Origin: an uncultured Desulfobacteraceae bacterium
GTDB taxonomy: Bacteria; Desulfobacterota; Desulfobacteria; Desulfobacterales; UBA5852
Direction: 5' to 3'
Assembly: GCA_942491115.1 (NCBI GenBank)
Contig: CALNZV010000020.1
Coordinates: 1,149,107 to 1,213,106 of the forward strand
Length of the DNA stretch: 64,000 nucleotides
Within the stretch, counting starts at the first letter, position 1. Each line of letters opens with the position of its first letter. A program made the position numbers and the translations under genes. The notes under the pieces were generated by a model. It was not told where the DNA came from and did not search any database. It worked only from the letters and a program-made list of their open reading frames with translations. Positions 19,492 through 28,972 of the stretch are shown piece by piece.

Positions 19492-20421
19492 ATGATGCGT
19501 TGCCATTCCAGATGTGCCCGCCTTTTCATCGTTTTTGCGATTTTCGTCGCCTTTGTGTTGGGCGTCGGCCGCTTTGAACCCGCCTTTGCGGACCTCGAAG
19601 ACATCCGGCATCGGGGGGTTCTGCGGCACTTAGGCGTCCGCTATGCGCGCTTCATCACCGGCAGCGGAGACGGCCTAAGCGCCGATATAGCGAAAGGTTT
19701 CGCCGCTGAACTCGGGGTTCAGTATCAATATGTGGAAACCAGCTGGGATGCCGTGATTTCCGATCTGACCGGGAAAATCTACCGGCGCGTGGATGATCGA
19801 TTGGAGATCACCGGGGAATGCGAGATCAAGGGGGACATCATTGCCAACGGTCTGACCATCCTGCCTTGGCGGCGCCAGTTGATCAACTACTCAACCCCCA
19901 CCTTTCCCAGCGGAATCTGGCTGATCGCCCGCTCCGACGCCCCGATCCAGCCCATCGTGCCTAGCGGTGACATCCTTTTCGACATTGGGGCGGTGAAAGC
20001 CATGTTGAAGGACAGGAGCGTCCTGTGCATGCCGGGAACCTGTCTGGATCCGGTGTTATATGACCTTGGACAGACCGGTGCCCGGTTGGTTCCCTTGCCC
20101 CTTCAAATGAACGAATTTGCCCCTGCCGTGATCAACAGCACCGCGGAAACGAGTCTGTTGGACGTAGCGGATGCCATGATTGCAATGGAAAAATGGCCGG
20201 GAATGATCAAGGTGCTCGGCCCCATATCAGAACCCCAGGAGATGGGGTGCGGTTTTGCCAAAACCGACGTGGAACTGCTGAAACGGTTTAATCGGTATCT
20301 TGCCCAGCTGTGGTCGGACGGCCGGTACCAGCAGCTCGTCGACCACTACTACCCGGGGATACGGGTGTATTTCGAACCGTTTTTCCGTAAATATGGACGA
20401 TCCGACGCGATGGAGCCATGA
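19492..20421 (+). CDS. periplasmic solute-binding protein, family 3-like
   Basis: GGGGGAG RBS 5 nt before the ATG at 19492. Signal peptide CARLFIVFAIFVAFVLGVG. SBP_bac_3-like core (GVLRHLGV...ETSWDAVISDLTGK...IIANGLTI). Stop lies 3 nt before the kinase start. Confidence 0.7.
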   Translation: MMRCHSRCARLFIVFAIFVAFVLGVGRFEPAFADLEDIRHRGVLRHLGVRYARFITGSGDGLSADIAKGFAAELGVQYQYVETSWDAVISDLTGKIYRRVDDRLEITGECEIKGDIIANGLTILPWRRQLINYSTPTFPSGIWLIARSDAPIQPIVPSGDILFDIGAVKAMLKDRSVLCMPGTCLDPVLYDLGQTGARLVPLPLQMNEFAPAVINSTAETSLLDVADAMIAMEKWPGMIKVLGPISEPQEMGCGFAKTDVELLKRFNRYLAQLWSDGRYQQLVDHYYPGIRVYFEPFFRKYGRSDAMEP

Positions 20422-20424
20422 TCC

Positions 20425-22659
20425 ATGCACTGGATGATCGGTTATTTTCGAAGCAAGGAGAGGGTCACGGTACTCATCACCTTTCTTGTGTTGACGGGGT
20501 TCATGAGCGTCCTGCTGATCGCCAACTACCGCTCCCTGCAAAAACTCAGGGAATCGTCCCGTCGGCAACACCTGTACGAGGTTGAAAAGCGGGCTCGGGA
20601 TTTGGGTCAGTTTTTCAACGAACAGCGCCGAAACGTCTATGAGCTTGTGGAAAACGGAAAGGTTCGCCTGTATTTTGAAAACAAGGCCCTGGGGATGTCG
20701 ATGGAGTATGGTCTGGGGTCGACTCTCGCTGTGCTGGGCGGTGAGTTAAAGTCGTTTATCGCCCGCAACCGGATGGGGGAGAATCCCATCTACCATCGGG
20801 TTGCCTTTGTTGACCATGAAAACCGGATCATTGCTGACAGCCATTCGGGATCGATGATGACCCACCCCGATAGCGATTGGAAACAATCCCTGCAACAGCT
20901 GACCGAAGGATTCTACGTCAGCAAGAACGCCAAAGACACCCATCATCACATCCTCTACACCCGCCCCTTTTATTTCAAGGATCAATTTGTTGGGCAGGTG
21001 GCTGCGTGGCTCGACGTGGATACGGTCTACCATCATCTGCTGATTCCCGGAACGGCCGCCCGCCTGATGGGGCTGGTCTGCAAAAACGAACAGTTTCTCC
21101 TGGACGGCGGCATGGATGATGGCGGACCGTCCCAGGGCATACTAAACTACATGCTCACCGATGAAGAACTCGCCGATCGGGTGGCGGCTTTTCAACAGCT
21201 CGAAAAGGTCATCTCTTTTCGGGTGCCCGTCAACCATTCGGCATTCGAGGTATTCGAAATCGCCTCCTCCAAAATGGTTCTGGGTGCGACGTCCCCGAAA
21301 ACCCTGCTCTTGACGATGGCGCTCATGGCCGTGGCCCTTCTCGGCGCCGCCGCCATTGTGGCCCGGATGATTGGCCACAACATGGTCCTGCACACACGGA
21401 TCGAGGAATCCAGAAAGCGGGAATGGGCCATCGAGCAAAAGAATGCGGAGCTGGAATCCCAAATCGAAGAGCGCATTCGCACTGAAAAAGAGCGCAACCG
21501 GCTCGAAGCCCAACTCCAGCGCGCTCAAAAGATGGAGGTGATCGGCCTGCTTGCCGGGGGTGTCGCCCACGACCTCAACAATATCCTGTCGGGCCTGGTC
21601 AGCTATCCGGAACTTCTTCTCATGGATCTTCCCGAAGACAGTTCGTTTAAGAACGCCATTACCACCATTCAGAAGTCCGGGGAGAAGGCGGCCGCCATCG
21701 TCCAGGATTTATTGACCCTGGCGCGGCGGGGGGTGTCGACCTCCGAGGTGGTCAACCTCAACACCATTATATCCGACTATCTGACCACACCGGAGTTTAA
21801 GAAACTGATTCAGTTTCACCCCCGGATCCAGCTGGAAGTGAACCTGTATCCCAAGCTTCTGAATATTGCCGGATCTCCGGTTCACCTCTCTAAAACCATC
21901 ATGAATCTCGTGTCCAATGCCGCCGAGGCCATGCCCGGTGGCGGGCGTCTGAGGATCGTGTCTGAAAACCAGTATATTGACCTTCCCATCAAGGGCTACG
22001 ATGCCGTCGAAGAGGGCGATTATGTCGTGTGTCGGATCATTGATCAGGGCGTCGGCATTCCGGAGCAGGACCTGGAAAAGGTGTTTGAGCCTTTTTATAC
22101 CAAAAAAGTGATGGGGAGAAGCGGAACCGGCCTTGGCATGGCGGTTGTGTGGGGGACGATTAAAGACCACAAGGGATATATCGATGTGAAGAGCGTCGTG
22201 GGCCAGGGCACCACGTTCACGATGTATTTTCCGGTCACCCGGGCGAAGGGGTCTCAAGACGGTCAGCGGACTCAACTGGAGGATGTCAGGGGAAGGGGTG
22301 AAACCATTTTATTGGTGGACGATGTTGAAGAACAGCGACGGATTGCATCCCGGATGCTTGAAAAGCTTGATTACCGGGTGGTGACCGCCCCAAGTGGGCA
22401 TAAGGCGGTGGAATACCTTGAGTCCCATTCAGCGGATCTGGTTGTTCTCGACATGATCATGGATCCCGGGATAGATGGTTTGGACACCTTCCGGGCCATC
22501 ATTCAGACCCATCGGGATCAGAAGGCGGTCATCGCCAGCGGATTTTCTGAAACGGACAGGGTGAAGGAGGCCCAGCGGCTCGGGGCCGGCGAATACATTC
22601 GAAAGCCCTATACACTGGAAACCCTTGGCGTTGCAGTCAAAAACGCTCTGGCCACCTGA
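20425..22659 (+). CDS. hybrid sensor histidine kinase / response regulator
   Basis: 744 aa. Two TM segments flank a ~260-aa periplasmic domain, followed by a coiled coil. H-box GGVAHDLNNIL, N-box NLVSNAAEAM, G-boxes DQGVGIP and GTGLGMAVV. C-terminal receiver ILLVDDVEEQRR...DLVVLDMIMDPGIDG...KP. Confidence 0.9.
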   Translation: MHWMIGYFRSKERVTVLITFLVLTGFMSVLLIANYRSLQKLRESSRRQHLYEVEKRARDLGQFFNEQRRNVYELVENGKVRLYFENKALGMSMEYGLGSTLAVLGGELKSFIARNRMGENPIYHRVAFVDHENRIIADSHSGSMMTHPDSDWKQSLQQLTEGFYVSKNAKDTHHHILYTRPFYFKDQFVGQVAAWLDVDTVYHHLLIPGTAARLMGLVCKNEQFLLDGGMDDGGPSQGILNYMLTDEELADRVAAFQQLEKVISFRVPVNHSAFEVFEIASSKMVLGATSPKTLLLTMALMAVALLGAAAIVARMIGHNMVLHTRIEESRKREWAIEQKNAELESQIEERIRTEKERNRLEAQLQRAQKMEVIGLLAGGVAHDLNNILSGLVSYPELLLMDLPEDSSFKNAITTIQKSGEKAAAIVQDLLTLARRGVSTSEVVNLNTIISDYLTTPEFKKLIQFHPRIQLEVNLYPKLLNIAGSPVHLSKTIMNLVSNAAEAMPGGGRLRIVSENQYIDLPIKGYDAVEEGDYVVCRIIDQGVGIPEQDLEKVFEPFYTKKVMGRSGTGLGMAVVWGTIKDHKGYIDVKSVVGQGTTFTMYFPVTRAKGSQDGQRTQLEDVRGRGETILLVDDVEEQRRIASRMLEKLDYRVVTAPSGHKAVEYLESHSADLVVLDMIMDPGIDGLDTFRAIIQTHRDQKAVIASGFSETDRVKEAQRLGAGEYIRKPYTLETLGVAVKNALAT

Positions 22660-22675
22660 GGGCTCGCTCTCCATC

Positions 22676-22693
22676 AAACGGCCGCCGTTTTTT
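22676..22693 (+). terminator. small intrinsic terminator after the histidine kinase gene
   Basis: AAACGG / CCGTTT 6-bp stem with a 3-nt loop, followed by TTTgTT. Lies 17 nt after the stop. Confidence 0.45.
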
Positions 22694-22720
22694 GTTGACC
22701 CTAAGGGTCGGGGGTCTCTG

Positions 22721-23755
22721 TCAGTAATCCCCGTAGAACAAAGCCGACCAGTTGGCGGGGGTCTCGAGCCGGTCTTCCACCCGGAACCCGAAGAACGCCT
22801 CTGCCGGGGCAAATAGGTCCGGGTTGCTCTGATGAACCGCCCGAGCCGCCCCCAACACCACATCGATGCCGTTGCGTGTCATTTTCCCAAGGGGCTGACG
22901 GCAGGGCCCGGATGGCATGCCGAGAATCGCCATCAGACTTTTGATCGCCAAGGGGTTGCGCGCCCGGCAGACGACCTCGCCGTGGGGGGTCGGTTCGGTG
23001 GTCGTTACGGTGACCAGGCCATAAAGCGGGGACAGATCCCGGTGCAGCTTTTCGGCCGCCGCTCTATCCCCTCCATTTATATGGCTCACCATCTGGGCCA
23101 TGGCACCTGGAACGATGTTGGCGATAACGGATATCACCCCCGCTGCCTCGATGTCGGTATCGGTCATCATGTCAAAGGTGACCCCGTCGTCACCGGAAAG
23201 AATCGTGAAATCGGGTCCGCAGCATCGGCGGGTTTTGCGCATGTTGTCCAGATTGCCGGTTGCCTCTTTTACCGTTTGCACATTTGGGTAAGCGCCCGAC
23301 AACAGCGCCAGGTCTTCCGGCAGTAGTTGGGTGCCGGTTCGTCCGGGAATCACATAGGGGATCACCTCTATATTCGGATAGGCCTCGGCAATGGGCCCGA
23401 TATATTCCCTTCGAATCTCAAGGGAACTGGGACCGTTATAGTATGGATCAACGAGAAGAACCGCTTCAACTCCGGCCGTCATGGCGTGATCAGTGGCCTG
23501 GAGAGCCTCCCTCGTGTTGTTGCTCCCCGTGCCGGCCACACAGGCGCACCGGCCCCGGGTCCGCTTGGCCACGACTTCCACCACCCGATTGTGCTCTTTC
23601 CACGTCAGAGCCGGGCTTTCTCCTGTAGTTCCGACGGCCAGAACACCGGTGATGCCGCTTTGGATCTGGAATTCCACCAACCGGTCGAGACCGTCCTCAT
23701 CCACCCCGTCCCCGTCGAACGGAGTAATGATAGCCGTGTAAGCGCCTGATTTCAT
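22721..23755 (-). CDS. dihydrodipicolinate synthase (DapA) family class I aldolase, long variant
   Basis: AAGGAG RBS before the ATG at 23755. GTTGESPAL, YNGP and the Schiff-base lysine block VKEATGN align with DapA. 344 aa, with an internal insertion and a C-terminal extension. Confidence 0.75.
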   Translation of the reverse strand: MKSGAYTAIITPFDGDGVDEDGLDRLVEFQIQSGITGVLAVGTTGESPALTWKEHNRVVEVVAKRTRGRCACVAGTGSNNTREALQATDHAMTAGVEAVLLVDPYYNGPSSLEIRREYIGPIAEAYPNIEVIPYVIPGRTGTQLLPEDLALLSGAYPNVQTVKEATGNLDNMRKTRRCCGPDFTILSGDDGVTFDMMTDTDIEAAGVISVIANIVPGAMAQMVSHINGGDRAAAEKLHRDLSPLYGLVTVTTTEPTPHGEVVCRARNPLAIKSLMAILGMPSGPCRQPLGKMTRNGIDVVLGAARAVHQSNPDLFAPAEAFFGFRVEDRLETPANWSALFYGDY

Positions 23756-24027
23756 TTGTGTCTCCTTCCTTCGGACCGGATGCCGACTCTGGGTCCGTTG
23801 CCATTCTGCTTCTATCATGACCGTCCGCGAAACCTAAAAGAATGCCAGCCGTCGTGTCAAGAAGATTCAAGACGGCAGGGCATTTTTCACCCGGTTCCAT
23901 GGAGTCGATATCCATTGGGTTTTCCTTGACATATTGAGATGGTCATATTATCGGCTATCGGTTGACGTCCGGAATGGAAGAATGGCCCCTATCGACTGAG
24001 GGGCACACGAAAAAGGAATGCCACACC

Positions 24028-24660
24028 ATGAATGAAAAACCGAAAACGGCTGATGAGTACATCGCCGAACAGAAGAACGCTGTCTCCCAGAATCCGGAGT
24101 GCGGCACCTCCCACTACAACCTTGCCGTAGCTCTTATGGGCAAGGAGCACTTTGACGAAGCCGAGCACCATCTGCACGAGGCGATCGATTGCAGCCCGAC
24201 CCTTGCGGAAGCGTACATTCAACTAGGGGCATTGAGCTACCGTCGGGGAGATCTGGAGGGTTGCCTCCGCTACAATCAGCAGGCGGTAAAGGCCCGTCCC
24301 GGTTTCTCCGAAGGTCATGGAAACATCGGTTTCGTTCATCTTCAGATGGGAAATGTGGACGATGCCATCATATCCCTGGAACGGGCGACCCATTTCAATT
24401 TTCGATTCGTTCAGGCATACACGTCTCTGGCCACCGCCTATCTGATCAAAGGGCGGGTTGAGGAAAGCATCAAGGCCTGCCAAAACGCATTGAAAATAGA
24501 ACCGAATTTCCCGATTGCCCACAACAACATCGCCATCGCCTACATGGAAAAGGGGAATTTCCCTTTGGCCCTCGAGCACGCCGATAAGGCGATCGAGCTG
24601 GGCTACGACGTGGCCCCCCAGATCCTTGACGAACTCAAGGCCTATCGGAAATCCGACTGA
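24028..24660 (+). CDS. TPR-repeat protein
   Basis: About 210 aa from the ATG at 24028. About 5 TPR units (HYNLAVALMGKEHFDEAEHHLHEAI, AEAYIQLGALSYRRGDLEGCLRYNQQAV and others). Confidence 0.7.
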   Translation: MNEKPKTADEYIAEQKNAVSQNPECGTSHYNLAVALMGKEHFDEAEHHLHEAIDCSPTLAEAYIQLGALSYRRGDLEGCLRYNQQAVKARPGFSEGHGNIGFVHLQMGNVDDAIISLERATHFNFRFVQAYTSLATAYLIKGRVEESIKACQNALKIEPNFPIAHNNIAIAYMEKGNFPLALEHADKAIELGYDVAPQILDELKAYRKSD

Positions 24661-25842
24661 TTGCGTTCACGGTGTTCGGCGATAGCCGCGACTGGGGGGG
24701 CTGAGTTGACCGCGTTGCCTCCTTTTTCGTTTTTCCTCTACGACGACGATCGGACGGTCGACGACGCCCATCCCCTGTGGGACGCTTCCCTGCCTGACGG
24801 CCCCAACCCAAGGGGGCCGGCAACAGCCCCGTTCACCTATGGCGATTATTTCGCCGTTGCCGCCCGCTATCTCGCCGCTGACGGCTTCCAGCCGGTCATT
24901 CTGGGGACTGGCCTGGACCTCGATGGCATTCAACGCATAGCGGTTCGACTGGTGAAACACGGGGCCTTCTACCACCCTGCCCAGGTGGTCATTGAGACCC
25001 ACTCTGGCACCGTCATACGCGTTCTCAACGTTGCCGTGTCGGCTGTGGGGTTCCACCAAATGAACAGCGAACTCGAGGCGCTCAGCCGTCTTGCCCCTGG
25101 ACCGGAGGCAAACCGCATTCCGACGGTGTATCATTCCGGGCGGGTCGACACGCCTTCCGGGCGACCGGTGGGATGCTTTCTGGGGGAGTGGTTCTCCGGC
25201 TTCTGGGAATTTCATCTCTCCAGAGACCCGGAATCGGGAGACCGTTCCCTTGTTCTATGGGACGAGGAAACCGGTCACCGTTCTCTGTCCGAGGATCAGG
25301 CGGTTTCCGTCTATCAGGGTGCCGCCCGGATTCTCACCGGTTGTTTCAACCCCGACACGGCAGACGAAGTGCTCTCCTGGCATCATGCCGCCGGGGATTT
25401 TGTGGCCCGTTTTACGGGTACCCGGGCCGATGTCAAGTTGGTGACGGCAAGGGGCTATGGCTTGCAATCCCCCATAAACGGCGGCGGCATGGCACCGAAA
25501 GAACTCCGCTTGCTCAATCTCTTGCTTTTTTTCGCCCGCCTTTCCATCAGAAATGCCCTGGACCGCCTGGATGGCACCGGTGAGTGGGTCTGGGCCGGTT
25601 GGCCGTCGGTGAAAGGCACGGTTCGGGGTTTTTTCGAGGGGTTGACACCTGAGGATGCCATTGGGTTATTTGCGATGATCCGGGGGTACGATGCCGATGC
25701 CTACGGGACGATTCTCGAGGCGATTGTGGATAGCTACCACCCCGATGCACCCGATGGCGCATGTGCCCGTCAGCATCTTTCACCGCTCGCAGAGGCCCTG
25801 GAGGTTGCCGTTGCTTCGGAAGGCCTTCGTCAATGGGGGTAG
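24661..25842 (+). CDS. hypothetical protein, unknown function
   Basis: 393-aa ORF with genome-typical codon usage. No in-frame ATG near the 5' end. TTG at 24661 abuts the TPR stop; an alternative TTG at 24706 is preceded by GGGGGG. No motif I can assign. Confidence 0.55.
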   Translation: MRSRCSAIAATGGAELTALPPFSFFLYDDDRTVDDAHPLWDASLPDGPNPRGPATAPFTYGDYFAVAARYLAADGFQPVILGTGLDLDGIQRIAVRLVKHGAFYHPAQVVIETHSGTVIRVLNVAVSAVGFHQMNSELEALSRLAPGPEANRIPTVYHSGRVDTPSGRPVGCFLGEWFSGFWEFHLSRDPESGDRSLVLWDEETGHRSLSEDQAVSVYQGAARILTGCFNPDTADEVLSWHHAAGDFVARFTGTRADVKLVTARGYGLQSPINGGGMAPKELRLLNLLLFFARLSIRNALDRLDGTGEWVWAGWPSVKGTVRGFFEGLTPEDAIGLFAMIRGYDADAYGTILEAIVDSYHPDAPDGACARQHLSPLAEALEVAVASEGLRQWG

Positions 25843-25957
25843 TGTCCATCCTTTCCGGTAGAGCACAACATGAAGGGCCTGGCGCCCGCTTCTCTCACAA
25901 GATAGCCGATTTTTGCGGCGTCGGGAGATGTTGTAGCGGTGAATATGCCTATTTTTA

Positions 25958-25986
25958 TTGACAAGATTTCCGTTCCATTTTATATC
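25958..25986 (+). promoter_or_regulatory. candidate sigma70-type promoter of dsrABDN
   Basis: TTGACA (25958-25963), 17-nt spacer, TATATC (25981-25986). AT-rich upstream tract ctatttttat. About 160-nt leader to the dsrA ATG. Confidence 0.55.
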
Positions 25987-26148
25987 TCCCCATTCAAAAG
26001 GGTCAAACGCTAGCGCCATAGAACCATGACGCTATCCATAGGTAATTTGATGGAGAGGAGGTGACCTGGGAGCAGTCTGGAATTCAGCTGATTTCAGCGT
26101 TGATCGACTAAGGAAGCTTATTCATTTTTCAACCTGGAGGTTAAGACG

Positions 26149-27462
26149 ATGGCAAAACACGCAACTCCGTTGTTGGACCAGCTAGAGTCAGGTCCCTGGC
26201 CCAGCTTTGTGTCCGACATGAAGCAGCAGGCCGAAAAAAGAGCGAAAAACGCCGAGGGCATCGAGTTCCAGATCCCGGTCGACGTGGTCGAGGACCTTCT
26301 CGGCATCCTGGAGCTGTCCTTTGAAGACGGCACCACCCACTGGAAGCACGGGGGTATCGTGGGAGTTTTCGGCTACGGCGGCGGTGTTATCGGCCGGTAT
26401 TGCGACCAGCCCGAAAAATTTCCTGGCGTGGCCCACTTCCACACGATGCGGGTCAACCAGCCGGGCGGCAAGTTCTACACGGCCGAGTATCTCCGAAACC
26501 TCTGCGACCTCTGGGATTTCCGGGGCAGCGGTATCACCAATATGCACGGGTCCACCGGGGATATCATCTTTCTGGGAACCACCACGCCGCAGCTCGAAGA
26601 AATCTTCTTCGAACTGACCCATAAATTCAATCAGGACCTTGGCGGCTCCGGTTCCAACCTGAGAACACCGGCCGACTGCATCGGCCAGGCCCGTTGCGAA
26701 TATGCCTGCTACGACACCCAGGATCTCTGCTTTACCCTGACCCAGGAATATCAGGATGAGCTCCATCGTCCGGCCTTCCCGTACAAGTTCAAATTCAAGT
26801 TCGACGGCTGTCCCAACTGTTGCGTGGCCTCCATCGCCCGTGCCGATATGTCTTTCATCGGCACCTGGAAGGACGACATCAAAATCGACGAGGAAGCGGT
26901 CCAGGCGTACATCGGCGGCGAGATCGCCCCGAATGGGAACGACCACAGCGGCCGTGACTGGGGCCCCTTCGACATCGAAAAGGAAGTCATCAAACTCTGC
27001 CCCACCGACTGCATGTGGATGGAAGACGGCAAACTGAAGATCGACGACAGGGAATGCAACCGTTGCATGCACTGCATCAACGTCATGCCTCGAGCCCTCC
27101 GGATCGGCGACGAGCGAGGTCTCTCGATTCTGGTCGGCGCCAAGGCTCCGATTCTCGATGGTGCCCAGATGGGTTCCCTTCTTGTTCCCTTCGTTCCGGC
27201 GGAAGCGCCTTACGACGAGATCAAGGAAGTCATCGAAGGCATTTGGGACTGGTGGATGGAAGAGGGGAAAAACCGAGAGCGCCTTGGAGAGCTGATCAAG
27301 CGCCAGGGCTTCCAGAAACTGCTGGAAGCGACCGGTATCGACCCCATGCCCCAGCATGTCCAAGAACCCCGCACCAACCCCTACATCTTCTGGAAAGAAG
27401 ACGAGGTCGAGGGCGGCTGGGACCGAGACGTCACCGAATACCGAAAACACCATCAGAGATAA
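26149..27462 (+). CDS. dsrA: dissimilatory sulfite reductase alpha subunit
   Basis: N-terminus [23 protein letters not shown]. Sirohaem/Fe-S cysteines [15 protein letters not shown]. Ferredoxin-domain cysteines [10 protein letters not shown] and [20 protein letters not shown]. Confidence 0.95.
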   Translation: MAKHATPLLDQLESGPWPSFVSDMKQQAEKRAKNAEGIEFQIPVDVVEDLLGILELSFEDGTTHWKHGGIVGVFGYGGGVIGRYCDQPEKFPGVAHFHTMRVNQPGGKFYTAEYLRNLCDLWDFRGSGITNMHGSTGDIIFLGTTTPQLEEIFFELTHKFNQDLGGSGSNLRTPADCIGQARCEYACYDTQDLCFTLTQEYQDELHRPAFPYKFKFKFDGCPNCCVASIARADMSFIGTWKDDIKIDEEAVQAYIGGEIAPNGNDHSGRDWGPFDIEKEVIKLCPTDCMWMEDGKLKIDDRECNRCMHCINVMPRALRIGDERGLSILVGAKAPILDGAQMGSLLVPFVPAEAPYDEIKEVIEGIWDWWMEEGKNRERLGELIKRQGFQKLLEATGIDPMPQHVQEPRTNPYIFWKEDEVEGGWDRDVTEYRKHHQR

Positions 27463-27478
27463 AGGGGGAGGATCGACC

Positions 27479-28627
27479 ATGGCATTCATTTCTTCAGGTT
27501 ACAATCCCGACAAGCCGATGGAAAACCGGATCACCGACATCGGCCCTCGGAAATACGATCAGTTCTATCCGCCGGTTATCGCTAAGAACAAAGGCAAATG
27601 GCTGTATCACGAAGTGCTCAAACCCGGTGTCCTGGTCCACGTGGCCGAATCCGGGGACGAGGTCTACACGGTCCGCTGCGGCGGCGCCCGGCTCATGAGC
27701 ACCACTCACATCCGGGAGATCTGCGAGATCGCGGAAAAGCACTGCGACGGCCATCTGCGGTTCACCACCCGGAACAACATCGAGTTCATGGTGGACAACA
27801 AGGACAAGGTGGACCCCCTGGTCACGGATCTGGAAAGCCGAAAATTCCCGGGAGGCAGCTTCAAGTTTCCGGTCGGCGGCACCGGTACGTCCATCACCAA
27901 CATCGTGCACACCCAGGGCTGGATTCATTGCCATACCCCGGCAACCGATGCGTCCGGAACCGTGAAGGCCACCATGGACGTGCTGTTCGACGAATTCAAA
28001 CAGCATCGAATGCCCGCCAAGCTCCGGGTTTCAATGGCCTGCTGCCTCAACATGTGCGGTGCCGTGCACTGTTCGGACATCGCCATCCTGGGCTATCATC
28101 GCAAACCCCCGATGCTCGACCACGAGTATCTGGACAAGATGTGTGAAATCCCTCTGGCCATCGCCGCCTGCCCCACCGCCGCCATCAAGCCCTCCAAGGT
28201 CGAACTGGCCGACGGCACCAAGGTGAACAGTGTGGCCGTCAAGAACGAACGGTGCATGTTCTGCGGTAACTGCTACACCATGTGCCCCTCCATGCCTTTG
28301 TCCGACAAGGAAGGCGACGGGATCGTTCTGATGGTCGGCGGGAAAGTGTCCAACCGAATCAGTCCCCCAAAATTCTCCAAGGTTGTCGTGGCCTTCATCC
28401 CCAACGAGACCCCCCGTTGGCCCACCATGACCGACACGATCAAGAAGATCGTCGACGTCTACGCCGCCGAGGCCAACAAATACGAGCGGCTGGGTGAGTG
28501 GGCAGAGCGGATCGGCTGGGAGCGTTTCTTCGAGAAAACCGAGCTGGAATTCACCCACCATCTCATCGATGATTTCCGTGATCCGGCCTACTACACCTGG
28601 CGTCAGACCACTCAGTTCAAATTCTAA
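27479..28627 (+). CDS. dsrB: dissimilatory sulfite reductase beta subunit
   Basis: GGGGGAGGA RBS before the ATG at 27479. [26 protein letters not shown]. Motifs [29 protein letters not shown] and [12 protein letters not shown]. Confidence 0.95.
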   Translation: MAFISSGYNPDKPMENRITDIGPRKYDQFYPPVIAKNKGKWLYHEVLKPGVLVHVAESGDEVYTVRCGGARLMSTTHIREICEIAEKHCDGHLRFTTRNNIEFMVDNKDKVDPLVTDLESRKFPGGSFKFPVGGTGTSITNIVHTQGWIHCHTPATDASGTVKATMDVLFDEFKQHRMPAKLRVSMACCLNMCGAVHCSDIAILGYHRKPPMLDHEYLDKMCEIPLAIAACPTAAIKPSKVELADGTKVNSVAVKNERCMFCGNCYTMCPSMPLSDKEGDGIVLMVGGKVSNRISPPKFSKVVVAFIPNETPRWPTMTDTIKKIVDVYAAEANKYERLGEWAERIGWERFFEKTELEFTHHLIDDFRDPAYYTWRQTTQFKF

Positions 28628-28645
28628 ATCAATGCGCCTACCCTA

Positions 28646-28670
28646 CCGGGGCATGTTCCACATGCCCCGG
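28646..28670 (+). other. perfect stem-loop in the dsrB-dsrD spacer
   Basis: CCGGGGCATG(T) / (A)CATGCCCCGG, a 10-11 bp perfect stem with a 3-5 nt loop. Starts 19 nt after the dsrB stop. No U-tract follows. Confidence 0.6.
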
Positions 28671-28694
28671 TATCCTATAAAGAAGGAAATCGCG

Positions 28695-28934
28695 ATGGAC
28701 TATGAAGAGGCAAAAACCAAAATCGTAGAAGCGCTGATGAAAAAACAGAAATCCAAAAGCAAGTTCTACTTCAATGACTTGGCGAAGATTCTCGAGTCCA
28801 AGCCCCGCGAAGCCAAGAAGTTTGTCAACCAGCTGGTTCAGGAAGGCGTACTTGAGTACTGGTCCAGCGGAAGCACCTCCATGTACGGCCTGCCCGGCAC
28901 CGGAAAGCAGGCGGGCGCAGAACACGAAGATTAA
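28695..28934 (+). CDS. dsrD: DsrD (small winged-helix protein of the dsr operon)
   Basis: 79 aa. MDYEEAKTKIVEALMKKQKSKSKFYFNDLAKIL...LVQEGVLEYWSSGSTSMYGL is the characteristic DsrD sequence. AGAAGGA RBS. Confidence 0.9.
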   Translation: MDYEEAKTKIVEALMKKQKSKSKFYFNDLAKILESKPREAKKFVNQLVQEGVLEYWSSGSTSMYGLPGTGKQAGAEHED

Positions 28935-28972
28935 CCTTCCCTATCGACGTTTAGCGTTTCTTTTCGGATCCA

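Noticed and set aside
26188-27489. 433-aa ORF on the - strand spanning the whole of dsrA
   Set aside because: It is the antisense shadow of an unmistakable dsrA gene in GC-rich DNA. Its translation is low-complexity (Gly/Val/Asp/Ala-rich) with no motif.
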